From positions 3,200,001 through 3,264,000 of the forward strand of contig CBDCJV010000002.1 of NCBI GenBank assembly GCA_965217895.1: 64,000 nt of DNA, read 5' to 3'. This document shows positions 38,404-50,200 of this stretch, one piece after another. This DNA is from Waterburya sp. Lineage in GTDB: Bacteria; Cyanobacteriota; Cyanobacteriia; Cyanobacteriales; Xenococcaceae. The stretch's first letter is position 1. The number at the start of each line of letters is the position of its first letter. Under the pieces are notes generated by a model, which saw only the letters and a program-made list of their open reading frames with translations, had not been told where the DNA came from and searched no databases. The translations under genes and the position numbers were made by a program.

Positions 38404-38532
38404 AATAAAGTGAATGGTAAATATTAACGGATAGGAGTTCAAACTCCCCATTGCCTAAAAGCATATCCCACAATAAGCGGGATAGGATAGAATGTCGATC
38501 TGACAAACGAAACTGAGTAAATTGTAAACTAC

Positions 38533-39270
38533 TTATAGCTTTTGGCTAAACAAGTCTAGCACTTTTTTCCAAGCATCTTTAGCTGCATCAGGACTATAGC
38601 TGTCACGGCAATCGCACATAAACCCGTGAGTTGCCCCTGCATAACGAAATAGCTGATGGGGAATATTTTGTTTTTTTAACTCTGCCTCTATTTGCTCTGT
38701 TTGTTCATTGGGAATCAAGGGATCTTCTGTGCCAAAGAAGGCGTAGACTGTGCCTTTAATATCCTTAGTTCTATTTATAGTTGGTTCGTCTTCTCCAGGA
38801 CACCAGGTGGCAATTTGTGCGCCATAAAAAGAAGCTGTCGCTGCCACATCTTTGAGGGTAGCTGCTAAGTAGACAACATGACCGCCAAAGCAAAAGCCAA
38901 TTGTGCCTACTCCTGAGCGTTTCACTTCAGGTAAACTATAAAGATAGTTAATTGTAGCCTGTACATCGCTTAATAATTCACTGGCTTGAGTTTGCTCTTT
39001 ATATTTTCTGCCCAGCTTCATGTCCTCGTCTGTATAGCCAGCCTCAAATTCTGGTGCTTGACGCTGATAAATAGTAGGTGCGATCGCTACATATCCTTCT
39101 CTGGCTAATCTTCTAGTAACATCCCGAATATGTTCGTTTACACCAAAAATTTCTTGAATCACTACTACAGCAGCATAAGTACCTGATGCTTCGGGTATTG
39201 CTAAATAGGCATCTATTTCTAACTCTTGATTGGGAACTTTGATCCAATCACTAGATATTGCTATTTCCAT
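38533..39270 (-). CDS. dienelactone hydrolase family protein
   Basis: QEIFGVN, GFCFGG, ATHGF. Confidence 0.9.
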   Translation of the reverse strand: MEIAISSDWIKVPNQELEIDAYLAIPEASGTYAAVVVIQEIFGVNEHIRDVTRRLAREGYVAIAPTIYQRQAPEFEAGYTDEDMKLGRKYKEQTQASELLSDVQATINYLYSLPEVKRSGVGTIGFCFGGHVVYLAATLKDVAATASFYGAQIATWCPGEDEPTINRTKDIKGTVYAFFGTEDPLIPNEQTEQIEAELKKQNIPHQLFRYAGATHGFMCDCRDSYSPDAAKDAWKKVLDLFSQKL

Positions 39271-39277
39271 AATTACT

Positions 39278-39499
39278 GATTGCTATTTGGTGGGCAATAA
39301 AAGCTTAATGATAGATAAAATGTAAAACTATTTTTTGCCCACCCTACAATGTTCAATGTTTATTGATAACTGTTCATTGTTCATTGTTCAATGTTGAAGA
39401 TTGCTATTTGGTGGGCAATAAAAGCTCAATGATAAATAAAATGTAAAACTATTTTTTGCCCAGACTACGATGTTCAATGTTTATTGATAACTGTTCAAT
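39278..39499. repeat. 121-bp tandem duplication containing a REP-like hairpin and TGTTCA(A/T) heptamers
   Basis: copies start at 39278 and 39399 with few mismatches. Confidence 0.85.
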
Positions 39500-39500
39500 G

Positions 39501-40139
39501 TTACAAAACTCCCTTGGAACTAGGAATCGTCCCACCACGGCGAGGATCGGGTTCAGTCGCCATGCGCACTGCACGGGCAAAAGCCTTAAAAGTCGCTTCA
39601 ATAATGTGGTGCGAATTAATACCGTCGATCTGGCGGATATGGAGGGTCATTTGCGAATGATTGACCACTGCTACAAAAAACTCTCTAATCAACTGAGTAT
39701 CATAAGTGCCGACTCTTTGGGTAGGAATTTCTAAACCGTAGCTAAGGTGTGGTCTGCCTGAAAAATCTAGGGCTACCTGTACCAAAGCTTCATCTAGGGG
39801 AGCAACGAAATGACCAAAACGGACAATGCCTTGGCGATCGCCTAAAGCTTTAGCTAAAGCCATGCCTAAAGTAATGCCTACGTCTTCATTAGTATGGTGA
39901 TCGTCAATCTCGATATCTCCAGTGGCTTTGACGTTGAGATCGATTAAACCATGGGCAGAAATTTGGTTCAGCATATGGTCGAGAAAAGGAATGCCTGTAT
40001 CGGCATGACATTTGCCTGTGCCATCTATGTTTAACTCGACCTGAACATCTGTTTCCCCTGTGGTACGACTTACAGATGCTGTTCTACCCAAGCTTAGAGA
40101 ATGATTATCTGGTGGGGATTGGCGATCGCTAAGTTGCAT
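39501..40139 (-). CDS. hisB: imidazoleglycerol-phosphate dehydratase
   Basis: [36 protein letters not shown]. Confidence 0.96.
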   Translation of the reverse strand: MQLSDRQSPPDNHSLSLGRTASVSRTTGETDVQVELNIDGTGKCHADTGIPFLDHMLNQISAHGLIDLNVKATGDIEIDDHHTNEDVGITLGMALAKALGDRQGIVRFGHFVAPLDEALVQVALDFSGRPHLSYGLEIPTQRVGTYDTQLIREFFVAVVNHSQMTLHIRQIDGINSHHIIEATFKAFARAVRMATEPDPRRGGTIPSSKGVL

Positions 40140-40224
40140 TATTACTCCTTGATATACAGTTTATTTTAATTATGAACCGAAGGAGGTTAATAGCTAAGAG
40201 CTAAAAGCTAAAAGCTAAAAAAAA

Positions 40225-41001
40225 TTACATTCCCATGATTTCATATCCAGAATCAACATAGATAACTTGACCTGTAATGCCACTAGCAAGATCGCTACAC
40301 AAAAATGCTGCGGTATTACCTACTTCGGTTTGGGTTACGGTTCGACGTAAAGGAGCGGTTTCTTCTACGTGGCGAATCATATCTAAAATGCCTCCTACAG
40401 CCGATGAAGCCAAGGTACGAATAGGGCCTGCCGAAATAGCATTGACGCGAATGTTATCTTGCCCTAATTCAGCAGCTAAGTAGCGCACGCTCATTTCTAA
40501 GGCAGACTTGGCTACTCCCATAACATTGTAGTTAGGAATAACTTTGACTCCCCCCAAATAAGAAAGAGTAACAATACTACCTCCTTCGCTCATTAATGGT
40601 TTTGCTCTAACCGCTAGGGAATTAAGAGAATAACTACTGATATCTAGAGCTTTAGCAAAACCCGCTCTAGAAGTGGCAGAAAAATCCCCTGTCAAATCTT
40701 CTTTTTCGGCAAAAGCCAGACAATGAACCAAGATATCTAGTTTGCCCCATTTTTCAGCGATCGCAGCAAACATGGAGTCGAGTAATTCATCATCCTGCAC
40801 GTTACAGGGAAGAATAATGCTGGGATTAATTGGCTCAACCAAATCTCGCACTTTTTTTTCAAAGCGTCCTCGTTCATCGGGAAGATAATTAACGCCTATG
40901 TTAGCACCAGCTTTATGTAGCTGCTGGGCAATACCCCAAGCAATAGAACGATTGTTAGCTATTCCTGTAACAAAAGCATTTTTTCCAGTTAAATCTAGCA
41001 C
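40225..41001 (-). CDS. fabI: enoyl-ACP reductase
   Basis: GIANNRSIAWGIA, YNVMGVAK, SAGPIRTLA. Confidence 0.96.
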   Translation of the reverse strand: MLDLTGKNAFVTGIANNRSIAWGIAQQLHKAGANIGVNYLPDERGRFEKKVRDLVEPINPSIILPCNVQDDELLDSMFAAIAEKWGKLDILVHCLAFAEKEDLTGDFSATSRAGFAKALDISSYSLNSLAVRAKPLMSEGGSIVTLSYLGGVKVIPNYNVMGVAKSALEMSVRYLAAELGQDNIRVNAISAGPIRTLASSAVGGILDMIRHVEETAPLRRTVTQTEVGNTAAFLCSDLASGITGQVIYVDSGYEIMGM

Positions 41002-41169
41002 GGTCGTTTTCCAATTTCAGTTGCCATTATCTATCCTACAACTGCCTGGGGAAGTAAATTTAATTGCATCTATTAAAAGTAAGAAAAAAATTTAGGTTTA
41101 GAGTATGAGAATATAGAGTTGTATAGCATAATTTATCAATAAAGTATCTCTAGCTTAACTTTAGGTTAT

Positions 41170-41847
41170 ATGGAACTTCCTTTGACACAACATCAGCCCT
41201 TATCATCAGTCTTTCGTAAACTTGGTCGCGGTTCTTTTCCTCCCATCGTGGAAAGTTTTGAACGTGGCAAAACTATTTTTTTCCCAGGTGATCCAGCCGA
41301 AAGAGTATATTTTTTACTCAAAGGTGCGGTTAAGCTATCCCGTGTATATGAAGCAGGAGAAGAAATCACAGTAGCTTTACTCAAAGAGAATACCGTGTTT
41401 GGCGTACTTTCTTTAATTACAGGACAAAAAAGCGATCGCTTTTATCATTCGGTAGCGTTTACCCCCGTCGAACTTTTGTCTGCCCCCATTGAACAGGTAG
41501 AAAAAGCTCTGCAAGAAAATCCTGAATTATCTTTGCTAATGTTAAAGGGATTATCTTCTCGCATTTTACAGACAGAGATGATGATCGAAACCTTGGCTCA
41601 TCGGGATATGGGTTCGCGTTTGGTTAGCTTCTTGCTAATATTATGTCGTGACTTTGGTATGCCAACCGAAGAAGGCATTAAAATTGATCTAAAACTGTCT
41701 CATCAAGCGATCGCCGAAGCAATTGGTTCTACAAGAGTTACGGTGACTAGGCTTTTAGGCGACCTGCGGGATAAAGAAATGGTTTCCATTCATAAGAAAA
41801 AAATTACCGTGTATAATCCTGTAGCATTGAGTCAGCAGTTTGCCTAA
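41170..41847 (+). CDS. ntcA: global nitrogen regulator
   Basis: [45 protein letters not shown]; divergent from fabI as usual in cyanobacteria. Confidence 0.97.
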   Translation: MELPLTQHQPLSSVFRKLGRGSFPPIVESFERGKTIFFPGDPAERVYFLLKGAVKLSRVYEAGEEITVALLKENTVFGVLSLITGQKSDRFYHSVAFTPVELLSAPIEQVEKALQENPELSLLMLKGLSSRILQTEMMIETLAHRDMGSRLVSFLLILCRDFGMPTEEGIKIDLKLSHQAIAEAIGSTRVTVTRLLGDLRDKEMVSIHKKKITVYNPVALSQQFA

Positions 41848-41915
41848 TGATGTTCAAGCCATCTCGGTTAAAAAGGTTAAATTGTCAACTGAAAATTTAT
41901 TTTTAATCATTTCTA

Positions 41916-43334
41916 ATGACGAGTGGCTACATTTTAATTGCAGCAATTTTTCTTTTGGGCGGTATTGTTGCAGTATCTGGCGATCGCTTGGGAACAAAGA
42001 TTGGCAAAGCCAGGCTTAGATTGTTTAATCTCCGTCCTCGCCAAACGGCGATGGTTATTACCTGGGTTACGGGAATGCTAATTTCTGCTCTCACTTTGGG
42101 TATTTTGTTTAGCTTAAGCAAATCTTTGCGTACAGGAATTTTTGATCTAGATAATATTCTCAAAGAAAAACGCCAGATTAAAGGAGAGTTAGAACAGGCT
42201 CGGCAAGAAAAAGTAGCGGTGCAACAGCAGCTAGCACAAGTCAAAAATGAGCAAATCGCAGCCGTTGACAATCTCGATGCCATTAACCAAAATTTCGCTC
42301 AGTCGAAACAACAGTTAAAAAAGACTTCTGAGCAAGCTAAACAACTAAGGCAGGAGTTAGATAGTCTTCTAGCAGAAAGAGCAAAGCGACAACGGCAGCT
42401 TAGTCAAATACAGCAGCAAAGTCAAGAATTACAGAGTCAACTGCAAGAGCGAGAACAGAAAATTAAGCAGCAAGATCGAGTTCTGACGCAAAAAGAAAAA
42501 CGTCTGCAATCACTAGAAGGACAGCAGCAAATTCTCCAAACCCAAGTGCAAGAGCGCGATCGCTCTATTGCTAAGTTAGATGAAGCGATCGCCACCGCTG
42601 AAGTGAGTTTAAAATTGAGAACTCAAAGACTAGAGCAGTTACAATCGGAGCTAGATTATTTATCTCGTAACGTGGCAGCCTTAGAGCAGTCTTATCAGGA
42701 ATTACGAGAGAACAGAATTGCCGTTGTCAAAGGTCAGGTATTATCTTCGGCTGTAGTGAGAATTGTCGATCCCAAAGCTACAAAATCAGCGATTGATAGT
42801 TTATTGAGGCAAGCTAACAGCAATGCACTCAAGGCAACTCAATTTAACGGCACTAACCCACAACAGCGCATAGTGGAAATTACTAGTTCTCAGGTAAAAC
42901 AGTTAGAAGAACAAATTAAAGATGGTCAAGATTATGTTTTGAGAATTATCTCGGCTGGTAATTATGTCCAAGGGGAAAAAAAAGTGAGAGTTTTTGCCGA
43001 CTTAGCACTTAATAAACAAGTATTTGCTGGAGGAGAAGAAATAGCCACAGTATCTATTGATTCTAGTAACATCACACGCCAAGAACTACAGGAAAGGCTT
43101 AATTGGTTGCTGGCAGTATCTAAATTTCGCGCTCAAAGAGCGGGAACATTAGGGGAAATAGAAATAGGCGATAACCAGGTAGAAAGTATTGTTAACTTTA
43201 TGAACAAAGTAATTACGGCAGAAATACCTATCAATGAAATTAAAGCTGTAGCAGCAGAAAATACTTATACCGCAGGACCACTAAAGCTAAATTTTGTAGT
43301 CATACGCGACGGCAAAATTGTTTTAAGCACTTGA
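41916..43334 (+). CDS. DUF3084 coiled-coil membrane protein
   Basis: GDRLGTKIGKARLRLFNLRPRQTA, long coiled coil, AGPL. Confidence 0.85.
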   Translation: MTSGYILIAAIFLLGGIVAVSGDRLGTKIGKARLRLFNLRPRQTAMVITWVTGMLISALTLGILFSLSKSLRTGIFDLDNILKEKRQIKGELEQARQEKVAVQQQLAQVKNEQIAAVDNLDAINQNFAQSKQQLKKTSEQAKQLRQELDSLLAERAKRQRQLSQIQQQSQELQSQLQEREQKIKQQDRVLTQKEKRLQSLEGQQQILQTQVQERDRSIAKLDEAIATAEVSLKLRTQRLEQLQSELDYLSRNVAALEQSYQELRENRIAVVKGQVLSSAVVRIVDPKATKSAIDSLLRQANSNALKATQFNGTNPQQRIVEITSSQVKQLEEQIKDGQDYVLRIISAGNYVQGEKKVRVFADLALNKQVFAGGEEIATVSIDSSNITRQELQERLNWLLAVSKFRAQRAGTLGEIEIGDNQVESIVNFMNKVITAEIPINEIKAVAAENTYTAGPLKLNFVVIRDGKIVLST

Positions 43335-43338
43335 AACA

Positions 43339-43791
43339 ATGGACAATAAACAATTAACAATTAACAATGATTTGGTATTCTGCAAACCCACAATATTGGG
43401 TTTAGATCCTGGTAGGGATAAGTGCGGGTTGGCGGTGATGGATAGTAAGCAAAAAGTAATCTTTCATCAGGTGATAAATTCGGATAGCGCGATCGCCAAA
43501 ATTAAAGAGTTATCTATTCAGTTTACTATTGACTTGATTGTTATGGGAGATGGCACAACCTCGAAAAGCTGGGGTGAAAAAATTGAATCTGGTTTGAGAG
43601 AAAAAATTCCTTTAGTGACGGTAAATGAGAAAAATAGTACCCTGGAGGCTCGTGATCGCTACTGGACAATGTATCCCTCTAAAGGTTTACAGCGTCTCGT
43701 TCCCCAAGGTTTAAGAGTTCCTCCTCGTCCTGTTGATGATATTGTGGCAATTTTGCTGATCGAGCGATATTTGGCAACTCAAAAATCTTAG
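43339..43791 (+). CDS. YqgF/RuvX-like RNase H-fold protein
   Basis: ILGLDPGRDKCG, NEKNSTLEAR, PVDDIVA. Confidence 0.82.
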   Translation: MDNKQLTINNDLVFCKPTILGLDPGRDKCGLAVMDSKQKVIFHQVINSDSAIAKIKELSIQFTIDLIVMGDGTTSKSWGEKIESGLREKIPLVTVNEKNSTLEARDRYWTMYPSKGLQRLVPQGLRVPPRPVDDIVAILLIERYLATQKS

Positions 43792-43904
43792 ACAACGCTA
43801 TCTGTTCGAGCTTATAATTCGATGATGTTTGATTTGACCACTGCCAGATTAGTTGAAAAAATTTTACTACCAGGGGTAACGGTATTATCTTGACAGAGGG
43901 CTAA

Positions 43905-45911
43905 TTAACGTGCTGCAATATTTACCAATTGCCACCCACGTAATACTTCGGCTACACTCCAAGCCTGAGCAAATGCACCTCTAGGCACAAAAGGCGCATC
44001 TCCATCAAAGATTTCACTAATGCTTCCCAAACAACCATCTGATAAATGATCTGCCATTGGTTTAATAAAACTACCAGCTAGTTGAGGATTGTCGTATACT
44101 CGCAAATGAGCCTGGACAAAATGTCCAATTAACCAACCCCAGGTAGTTCCCTGATGGTATGCCCCATCTCGTTTATAGCGATCGCCACCATAAATGCCCA
44201 CATAATCAGGATGATCTTGACAAAGCGATCGCAATCCAAAAGAAGTTAATAAACGTTGAGCAACAATATCTACCACTTGTTTTTGTTGTTGAGCATCCAG
44301 TAGGGGCGCAGATCTTGCGCCCAAATTAATTACAGGTAACGAGACGGCGAAAATCTGATTAGGACGTAGGGCATCGTCATTACCATCAGGGGTATCTAAT
44401 ACGTCATAGCAGTATTGCTTATTTTGATTCCAGAAACGTTTGAAGCCTTCTCTGGTTTTGTCAGCCATTTCTTTATATTCTGTTTGTGACTTATTGAGAT
44501 AGCCAGCAAACTGGGACATAATAATTAAAGCGTTATACCATAGAGCATTTACCTCTATAGGTTTACCAATACGGGGTGTAACTACCCAATCATCTACTTT
44601 GGCATCCATCCAGGTTAACTGAACCCCTGTTTCTCCTGCGTAAATTAAGCCATCGGCATCGAGATGAATGTTGTAGCGAGTTCCGCGACGATGCCAGTCA
44701 ATAATCTCAGCTAAAGCAGGAAAAAGCTCGATTAATAGCTGTTTATCTTGAGTATGAGCGTAGTAATCTCTAATTGCTTCAAAATACCATAGAGTTGCAT
44801 CAACGGTATTGTATTCAGGAGTTTCTCCTCGGTCGGGAAATACATTAGGCAACATTCCTTGGTCAATATATTTGGCAAAAGTACGCAAGATAACTTTAGC
44901 TATTTCAAAACGACCTGTAGTCAGGGTTAATCCTGGTAGGCTAATCATCGTATCCCTTCCCCAGTCTGCAAACCAGGGATACCCCGCAATAATGGTTTTA
45001 CCTTGAGAACCATCTGCTAAAGGGCGATTAACAATAAACTGGTTCGCTGCTAAGACTAATTGTTCAATCCAACTAGGTATAGTTTTACGCTGATGTCTAG
45101 AAAAAAGGTCGATTAACTCTTTGTCCTCTAGTTTTCCTGTCTTGTCGTCCTGCTGTCTGCTATTCTCTTCAGTACTAGCTGCAATTGTTATCGACTCTCC
45201 TAGCTTGAGAGTAACGCTACAGTTCCCTGCATATAAATGATCTTCAATACTATTCAAGCCTCGGTATTTTTCTATTGCCAAAGCAAAATTTTTGTACCAT
45301 TCGTGGTTGATCTGCCAACTTACTATTTCTTGCTCTTTCACTCCAGACAAATATAGATTCGTAGCATCTGCTGATGCTTTAACTCTGATACCCTGCTGGT
45401 GATCGACAATTTCAAAATGGCGATCGCTATTACTAGTACTACTATGGCGATCGCGATAGTTAACTAAAGCTTTGAGAGAAAGAGACAAAGGTAAAGTACC
45501 TCGCAGCATTTTGTAATGAACATAGGTCGTGTTTTCTCCCTGCTGCATCCAGATTCGCTTTTCGAGCTTTGCGTCGGCGCAAGCATAAATCCATACAGGT
45601 GTCGTCCCTTCTAAATAAAATCTTTCTAGATATTGATAACCGTGAGGAGAGATTACATTATTCACCCAGCGATTAGTATGCAGAGGGTAATAATTATTGT
45701 CATAGACGACAGTTTCGTCGAGTTTAGCTAGTAATAAAGTTATGCCAGAAGGTGGCTCAAGCGCAGCTAGCAGTAAGCCATGGTAGCTTCTAGTCAATAG
45801 TCCCGATACAGTACCAGAGGCATAACCACCAATGCGATTAGTTACCAACCATTCTCGCTGTTCGGCTACATTTAAGTTCCCGCAAATTTCTCGACCAAAT
45901 TCTAGATTCAT
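43905..45911 (-). CDS. amylo-alpha-1,6-glucosidase (glycogen debranching enzyme)
   Basis: EWLVTN, AGYPWFADWGRDTMIS, TWMDA, YHQGT, QAWSVAE. Confidence 0.9.
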   Translation of the reverse strand: MNLEFGREICGNLNVAEQREWLVTNRIGGYASGTVSGLLTRSYHGLLLAALEPPSGITLLLAKLDETVVYDNNYYPLHTNRWVNNVISPHGYQYLERFYLEGTTPVWIYACADAKLEKRIWMQQGENTTYVHYKMLRGTLPLSLSLKALVNYRDRHSSTSNSDRHFEIVDHQQGIRVKASADATNLYLSGVKEQEIVSWQINHEWYKNFALAIEKYRGLNSIEDHLYAGNCSVTLKLGESITIAASTEENSRQQDDKTGKLEDKELIDLFSRHQRKTIPSWIEQLVLAANQFIVNRPLADGSQGKTIIAGYPWFADWGRDTMISLPGLTLTTGRFEIAKVILRTFAKYIDQGMLPNVFPDRGETPEYNTVDATLWYFEAIRDYYAHTQDKQLLIELFPALAEIIDWHRRGTRYNIHLDADGLIYAGETGVQLTWMDAKVDDWVVTPRIGKPIEVNALWYNALIIMSQFAGYLNKSQTEYKEMADKTREGFKRFWNQNKQYCYDVLDTPDGNDDALRPNQIFAVSLPVINLGARSAPLLDAQQQKQVVDIVAQRLLTSFGLRSLCQDHPDYVGIYGGDRYKRDGAYHQGTTWGWLIGHFVQAHLRVYDNPQLAGSFIKPMADHLSDGCLGSISEIFDGDAPFVPRGAFAQAWSVAEVLRGWQLVNIAAR

Positions 45912-46129
45912 TTTAGATTCAAGTGGATCTTCAGATCATTAACTTTGACGCTGCGATCGATAAACATTGTCTCAAAGTTGAATTCAATTATCAGCATTTT
46001 TGAGATATGTTTACTTATTAGATGGCTTTGATTAGTACAATTTCCAACTAATAGCAATATAATCCAATTGAAGATTAAATATCTTGTCTTTTATTGCCCT
46101 ATTATGTGAAAGAAAGGAGAGATAGAATT

Positions 46130-46627
46130 ATGAGCGAACTAATCGTAGTTGGTTTCGATAACGAACTAAAAGCCGATGAAGTGCTACACAAGTTAGGACA
46201 AATGCAAAAAGAGCATTTAGTCGATTTAGATGATGCCGTAGTCGTTATTAAAAACGAAAAAGGAAAGGTCCAAGTAAAACAGTCCTATGACTTGGTTACA
46301 TCAGGTGCGATCAGCGGTGGTTTTTGGGGTTCGCTAATTGGACTTCTATTTCTCCATCCTCTCTTAGGAGTTACCGTAGGACTGGCTACTGGGGCTTTGA
46401 GCGGTGCCTTAACTGATATTGGGGTTGACGACGACTTTATCAAAGATTTAGGCAAAACCATAGAACCAAATACATCGGCTTTATTTCTCTTGGTACGCAA
46501 AGCTACTCCCGACAAAGTTTTAGAGGAACTGCGCCCCTATGGCGGAAAACTGCTACAAACTTCTCTCTCAAAATCAGATGAAGCAAGTTTAAAAGCTGCT
46601 TTAGAAAAAGCCAGAGTCGAAGCATAG
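46130..46627 (+). CDS. DUF1269 family membrane protein
   Basis: Gly-rich TM hairpin, DIGVDDDFIK, SALFLL; AGGAG RBS before ATG 46130. Confidence 0.82.
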   Translation: MSELIVVGFDNELKADEVLHKLGQMQKEHLVDLDDAVVVIKNEKGKVQVKQSYDLVTSGAISGGFWGSLIGLLFLHPLLGVTVGLATGALSGALTDIGVDDDFIKDLGKTIEPNTSALFLLVRKATPDKVLEELRPYGGKLLQTSLSKSDEASLKAALEKARVEA

Positions 46628-46712
46628 TCTTTTCTTTTTTAGAGGTAGCCGCAACTGTGCGCGGAAGTATTGAACGAAGGCAGAGGGCAGAGGGAGCAAA
46701 GGACTTGGCAGC

Positions 46713-47024
46713 TTAACGGCTGCTACCATTAGCTCTTAATAAAAATAAAGCAGACTCAACTTGGCGTATATAACCGTCATTGTTAGCCATGTCTGTATCA
46801 AGTTTTCCTTGAGATACCGCTCCCTTAATTAAAGTTTCGGCATCAATTTTTCCTAAATAAACTGCTTGAAGAAAAGGAGCATAACCAGGTATTTCTTCGC
46901 TAGCAAGTCGTCCTTGATAACCTTGAAAAACTAAATTAGATGGAGTTATTTCTGCTGCTGTTGCTGGAATACTGACAACACTGGCTAGTGACAAAATCAA
47001 ACTACCGAATAGAATATTTTTCAT
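46713..47024 (-). CDS. small secreted hypothetical protein
   Basis: signal peptide (ATA-AE), GYQG...IPGY motif. Confidence 0.65.
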   Translation of the reverse strand: MKNILFGSLILSLASVVSIPATAAEITPSNLVFQGYQGRLASEEIPGYAPFLQAVYLGKIDAETLIKGAVSQGKLDTDMANNDGYIRQVESALFLLRANGSSR

Positions 47025-47299
47025 GGTTTTAAATAGTTTTATATTTGAATATGTTTATTAATAAATGCTAAAAAGTATAAGATTTTATTTTTTTAAATAC
47101 CTGAGTTTTTTTAAAATATACAAATATACTTCGTAATAATTAATAAATAAAATACCATCAAAATATTGTTGAAGTATACTCCAATGTTCAAAATTGACAA
47201 TACTTTTATCAATTATTGTCTAATTTGTATACTCTTTTTTGGTCTAAAAAGATAAGGTTAATTAACTGTAGATGAACGTTTTATCTTTAGACTTTGGCT

Positions 47300-50200
47300 T
47301 TAGTATTCAATTAATTCCTGCATCAATTTGTTAATGCTTTGTTTGACTGTTTCTGGGATATAAGGTGCGATCGCTTGACAAGAATTAAAAGACAAGCTAT
47401 TCCAAAGATTTACATCGTTATAGAGACGCAAAATTTGTTGAGCAAAGTCTTCAGTACTGTTAGCTTCTAGAATATGCTCTTCAGGCTGAAGATTCATGCC
47501 TTCGGTGCCAATCTCAGTCGCAACTACGGGCAAACTATATTCTAAGCTCTGACCTATTTTACCTTTCATTCCTGCTCCATACCGAAGCGGGGAAACTGAT
47601 AGCTTATGGCTTAAAAAATAAAGGCTAACGTCATCTACATATCCAGTCACCGTGATTTTATCCCCTGCTAGAGCTTTAACTTCAGGTGTTACGTTACTGC
47701 CGAGTAAAGTTACTTTAATATTAGGCTGTTTTTGCCATACCAGAGGCATGATCTTTTGGCATAACCATAAAACTGCATCAACATTGGGAGGATGATTATA
47801 GCTACCGATAAACAATATTCCTGAGCGTTCATGAAAACCAGGAATATCTCCTTGATAGGGAAAATGAATATTAGGCACGACGGCTACTTTATCTATAGAT
47901 GCTGTTTTCTTTGGTTCAAGCTGTGCCTGTAATATTTCTTGTTCTGTTGGAGTGACGGTAACAGTTAAATCTGCCTGCGAAGCCAGGCGTAATTCTGTAG
48001 CTTGCATCCGCTGCCAGTTCTTTTCTGACTCAGGGCTTTGTTGTGCCGATAATTCCCAGGCTCTTTTTAAGCGTAAATAGTGTAAGTCAATAGTGTCATA
48101 AATAACTTTAATTGACTGTTTTGATTTAATTAATGATGTATACTTTTCATTTAGTTCGGGACGGCAAATCCAAGCCACATCAATCAAAGACAGCCGTTCA
48201 TTTATTTGCTGCTCGATAGTCTTGCCGTAACCCTGTTGAGTATAAAGAACTTCTATTTGTAAATTCTCGATAACTGAGGTGTATGGTTCAGCTTTATAGC
48301 CATTATCCGCAGCAAAAATTACGTGAAAATTGAGAGATTTAAAGATTTTTAGCAGTTCAAACAAACGACGAGAACCAGACTCCTTGTCGTAGCAGGGCAT
48401 ATAGCTATCAATAACTAAAATAGTTTTGTTGCCCAAATATTTTCTGCTGGCTAAAGGAACATTGGCAATGCCAGTATTTGCTAAATATTGACCGCTGTTG
48501 AGAACATTTTGCCACTTTTGCTGAAATTTAACTCCATTGACTAGCTGATATTTTTTTGTGCCACCAGCGGTAGAAGTGCCAGAACTAATTCCCTCGTAAT
48601 GGATTACCTCTGACTGAGGTTGATACATTACCTTAAGCCCTAGTTGATGGCGAATAGCAAAACAAAGATCCGTATCTTCATAGTAAGCAGGGGCAAAATC
48701 CTGTTCAAAACCCTGAAGACGCTCAAAAATCTCTGTCCTAACCATTAGGCTTGCTGCCGAACAGTAGTCTACAGGACGCAGATAATTATATTCAGGGGCA
48801 TTTGGGTTATCTTGTCTACCATAGTTCCAGCCTGAGGCATCTTGCCATATAATTCCTCCTGCTTCCTGTAAAGCACCTTGAGCATAAATTAATTTTGAAC
48901 CTACTGCACCAACTTGATTATCTTGGTCTAAAACTTCCATCAGGCTTTCAATGCAGTTAGGCTTGATTTGCGTATCGTTATTGAGGAAATAAAGATATTT
49001 ACCTTTGGCTAATAATGCTCCTTGATTACAGGAATAGATAAAGCCTTGATTGGACTGATTGTTAACTAGGTTAATTGCCGAAATTGGCTCTAAGATACTT
49101 CTTGTATCATCGGTAGAACAATCATTGACGACGATAATCTCGATCGCCGTAGACTTATGGACATTAGTGGCGATCGCTTTTAAACAGTCTAGAGTATAAT
49201 TTAGCTGATTGTAAACAGGAATGATAATTGAAACTTGAGGATCGTTACTATGGGGCAGAATTTGCTGTAATTCTGCCCCCAAGGACTTTAAATCTGACTG
49301 ACTATATTCATCAACTTTTACAGCAGTCGATACATTGCTAATATATTGCCCGACATTGCAGTTGGGTCGCTTCAGCAAAATCTCCTGTAAACGCGCCATT
49401 GCTGCACCGTTTTTTGGCTGAATTTGCAAAGCCATCTGATAAGTAACGATTGCCCGATCTATTTCTCCTGACTGTACTAAAATATCCCCCAGTTTTAAAT
49501 AAAAATTTAGATTAGTTTTATCAATTGCTAGGGCATGATGGTAAACTTCAGGATCATCAGGATTTTGTTTAATAGCTAGCTGAAAATGTTTTAATGCCAC
49601 CTCTCGATCCTGTTGGCTACGGCGAAACAGCGCGTCCCCTAACTGTAGCTGAATCTTAGGCAGATCTGGCTTAATTTTAGCTGCCTGCTGGTAGAAGTCC
49701 ACCGCCCGATCCCACTGATTGAGTTTGCCGTGAGCTTCAGCCAGATTATAGTACGACCAAGGAAATTGGGGATTAAGTTTAATTGCCTGTTGATAGATAG
49801 GAATAGCTTCTGACCAATGTGACAATTGAATTAGAGCATAGCCCAAATTATTGTATGACCAGGAAAAATCAGGATCGAGCCTAATTGCCTGACGATAAGC
49901 GACAATAGCCTCTGACCATAGTTCTTGGTGAGTTAAAACCTCTCCTAGCTGATGAAAGGCTGCATTATTGTTGGGATCGTATTGAGTTGCTCTTTGATAG
50001 CAAAGAGTAGCCTGTGACCACTGTGATTGCAACCGATAAAGACTACCTAAACGATAGTACAGTTTGGGATCATTCTGTCCGTATTTTAAACCCTCAACGT
50101 AGCAGGCGATCGCCTCTGGTCTAGCTCCCATCTGCACTAATAATTCTCCCAAACCCAAATAGGCAGCTATCAGATCGGGCTGCTTGGCGATTGCACGACG

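Noticed and set aside
39278..39499. CRISPR array
   Set aside because: Only two long units with no unique spacers, and no cas genes in the window
41002..41169. Autoregulatory NtcA box upstream of ntcA
   Set aside because: No exact GTA-N8-TAC found; only imperfect matches such as GTATGAGAATATAG
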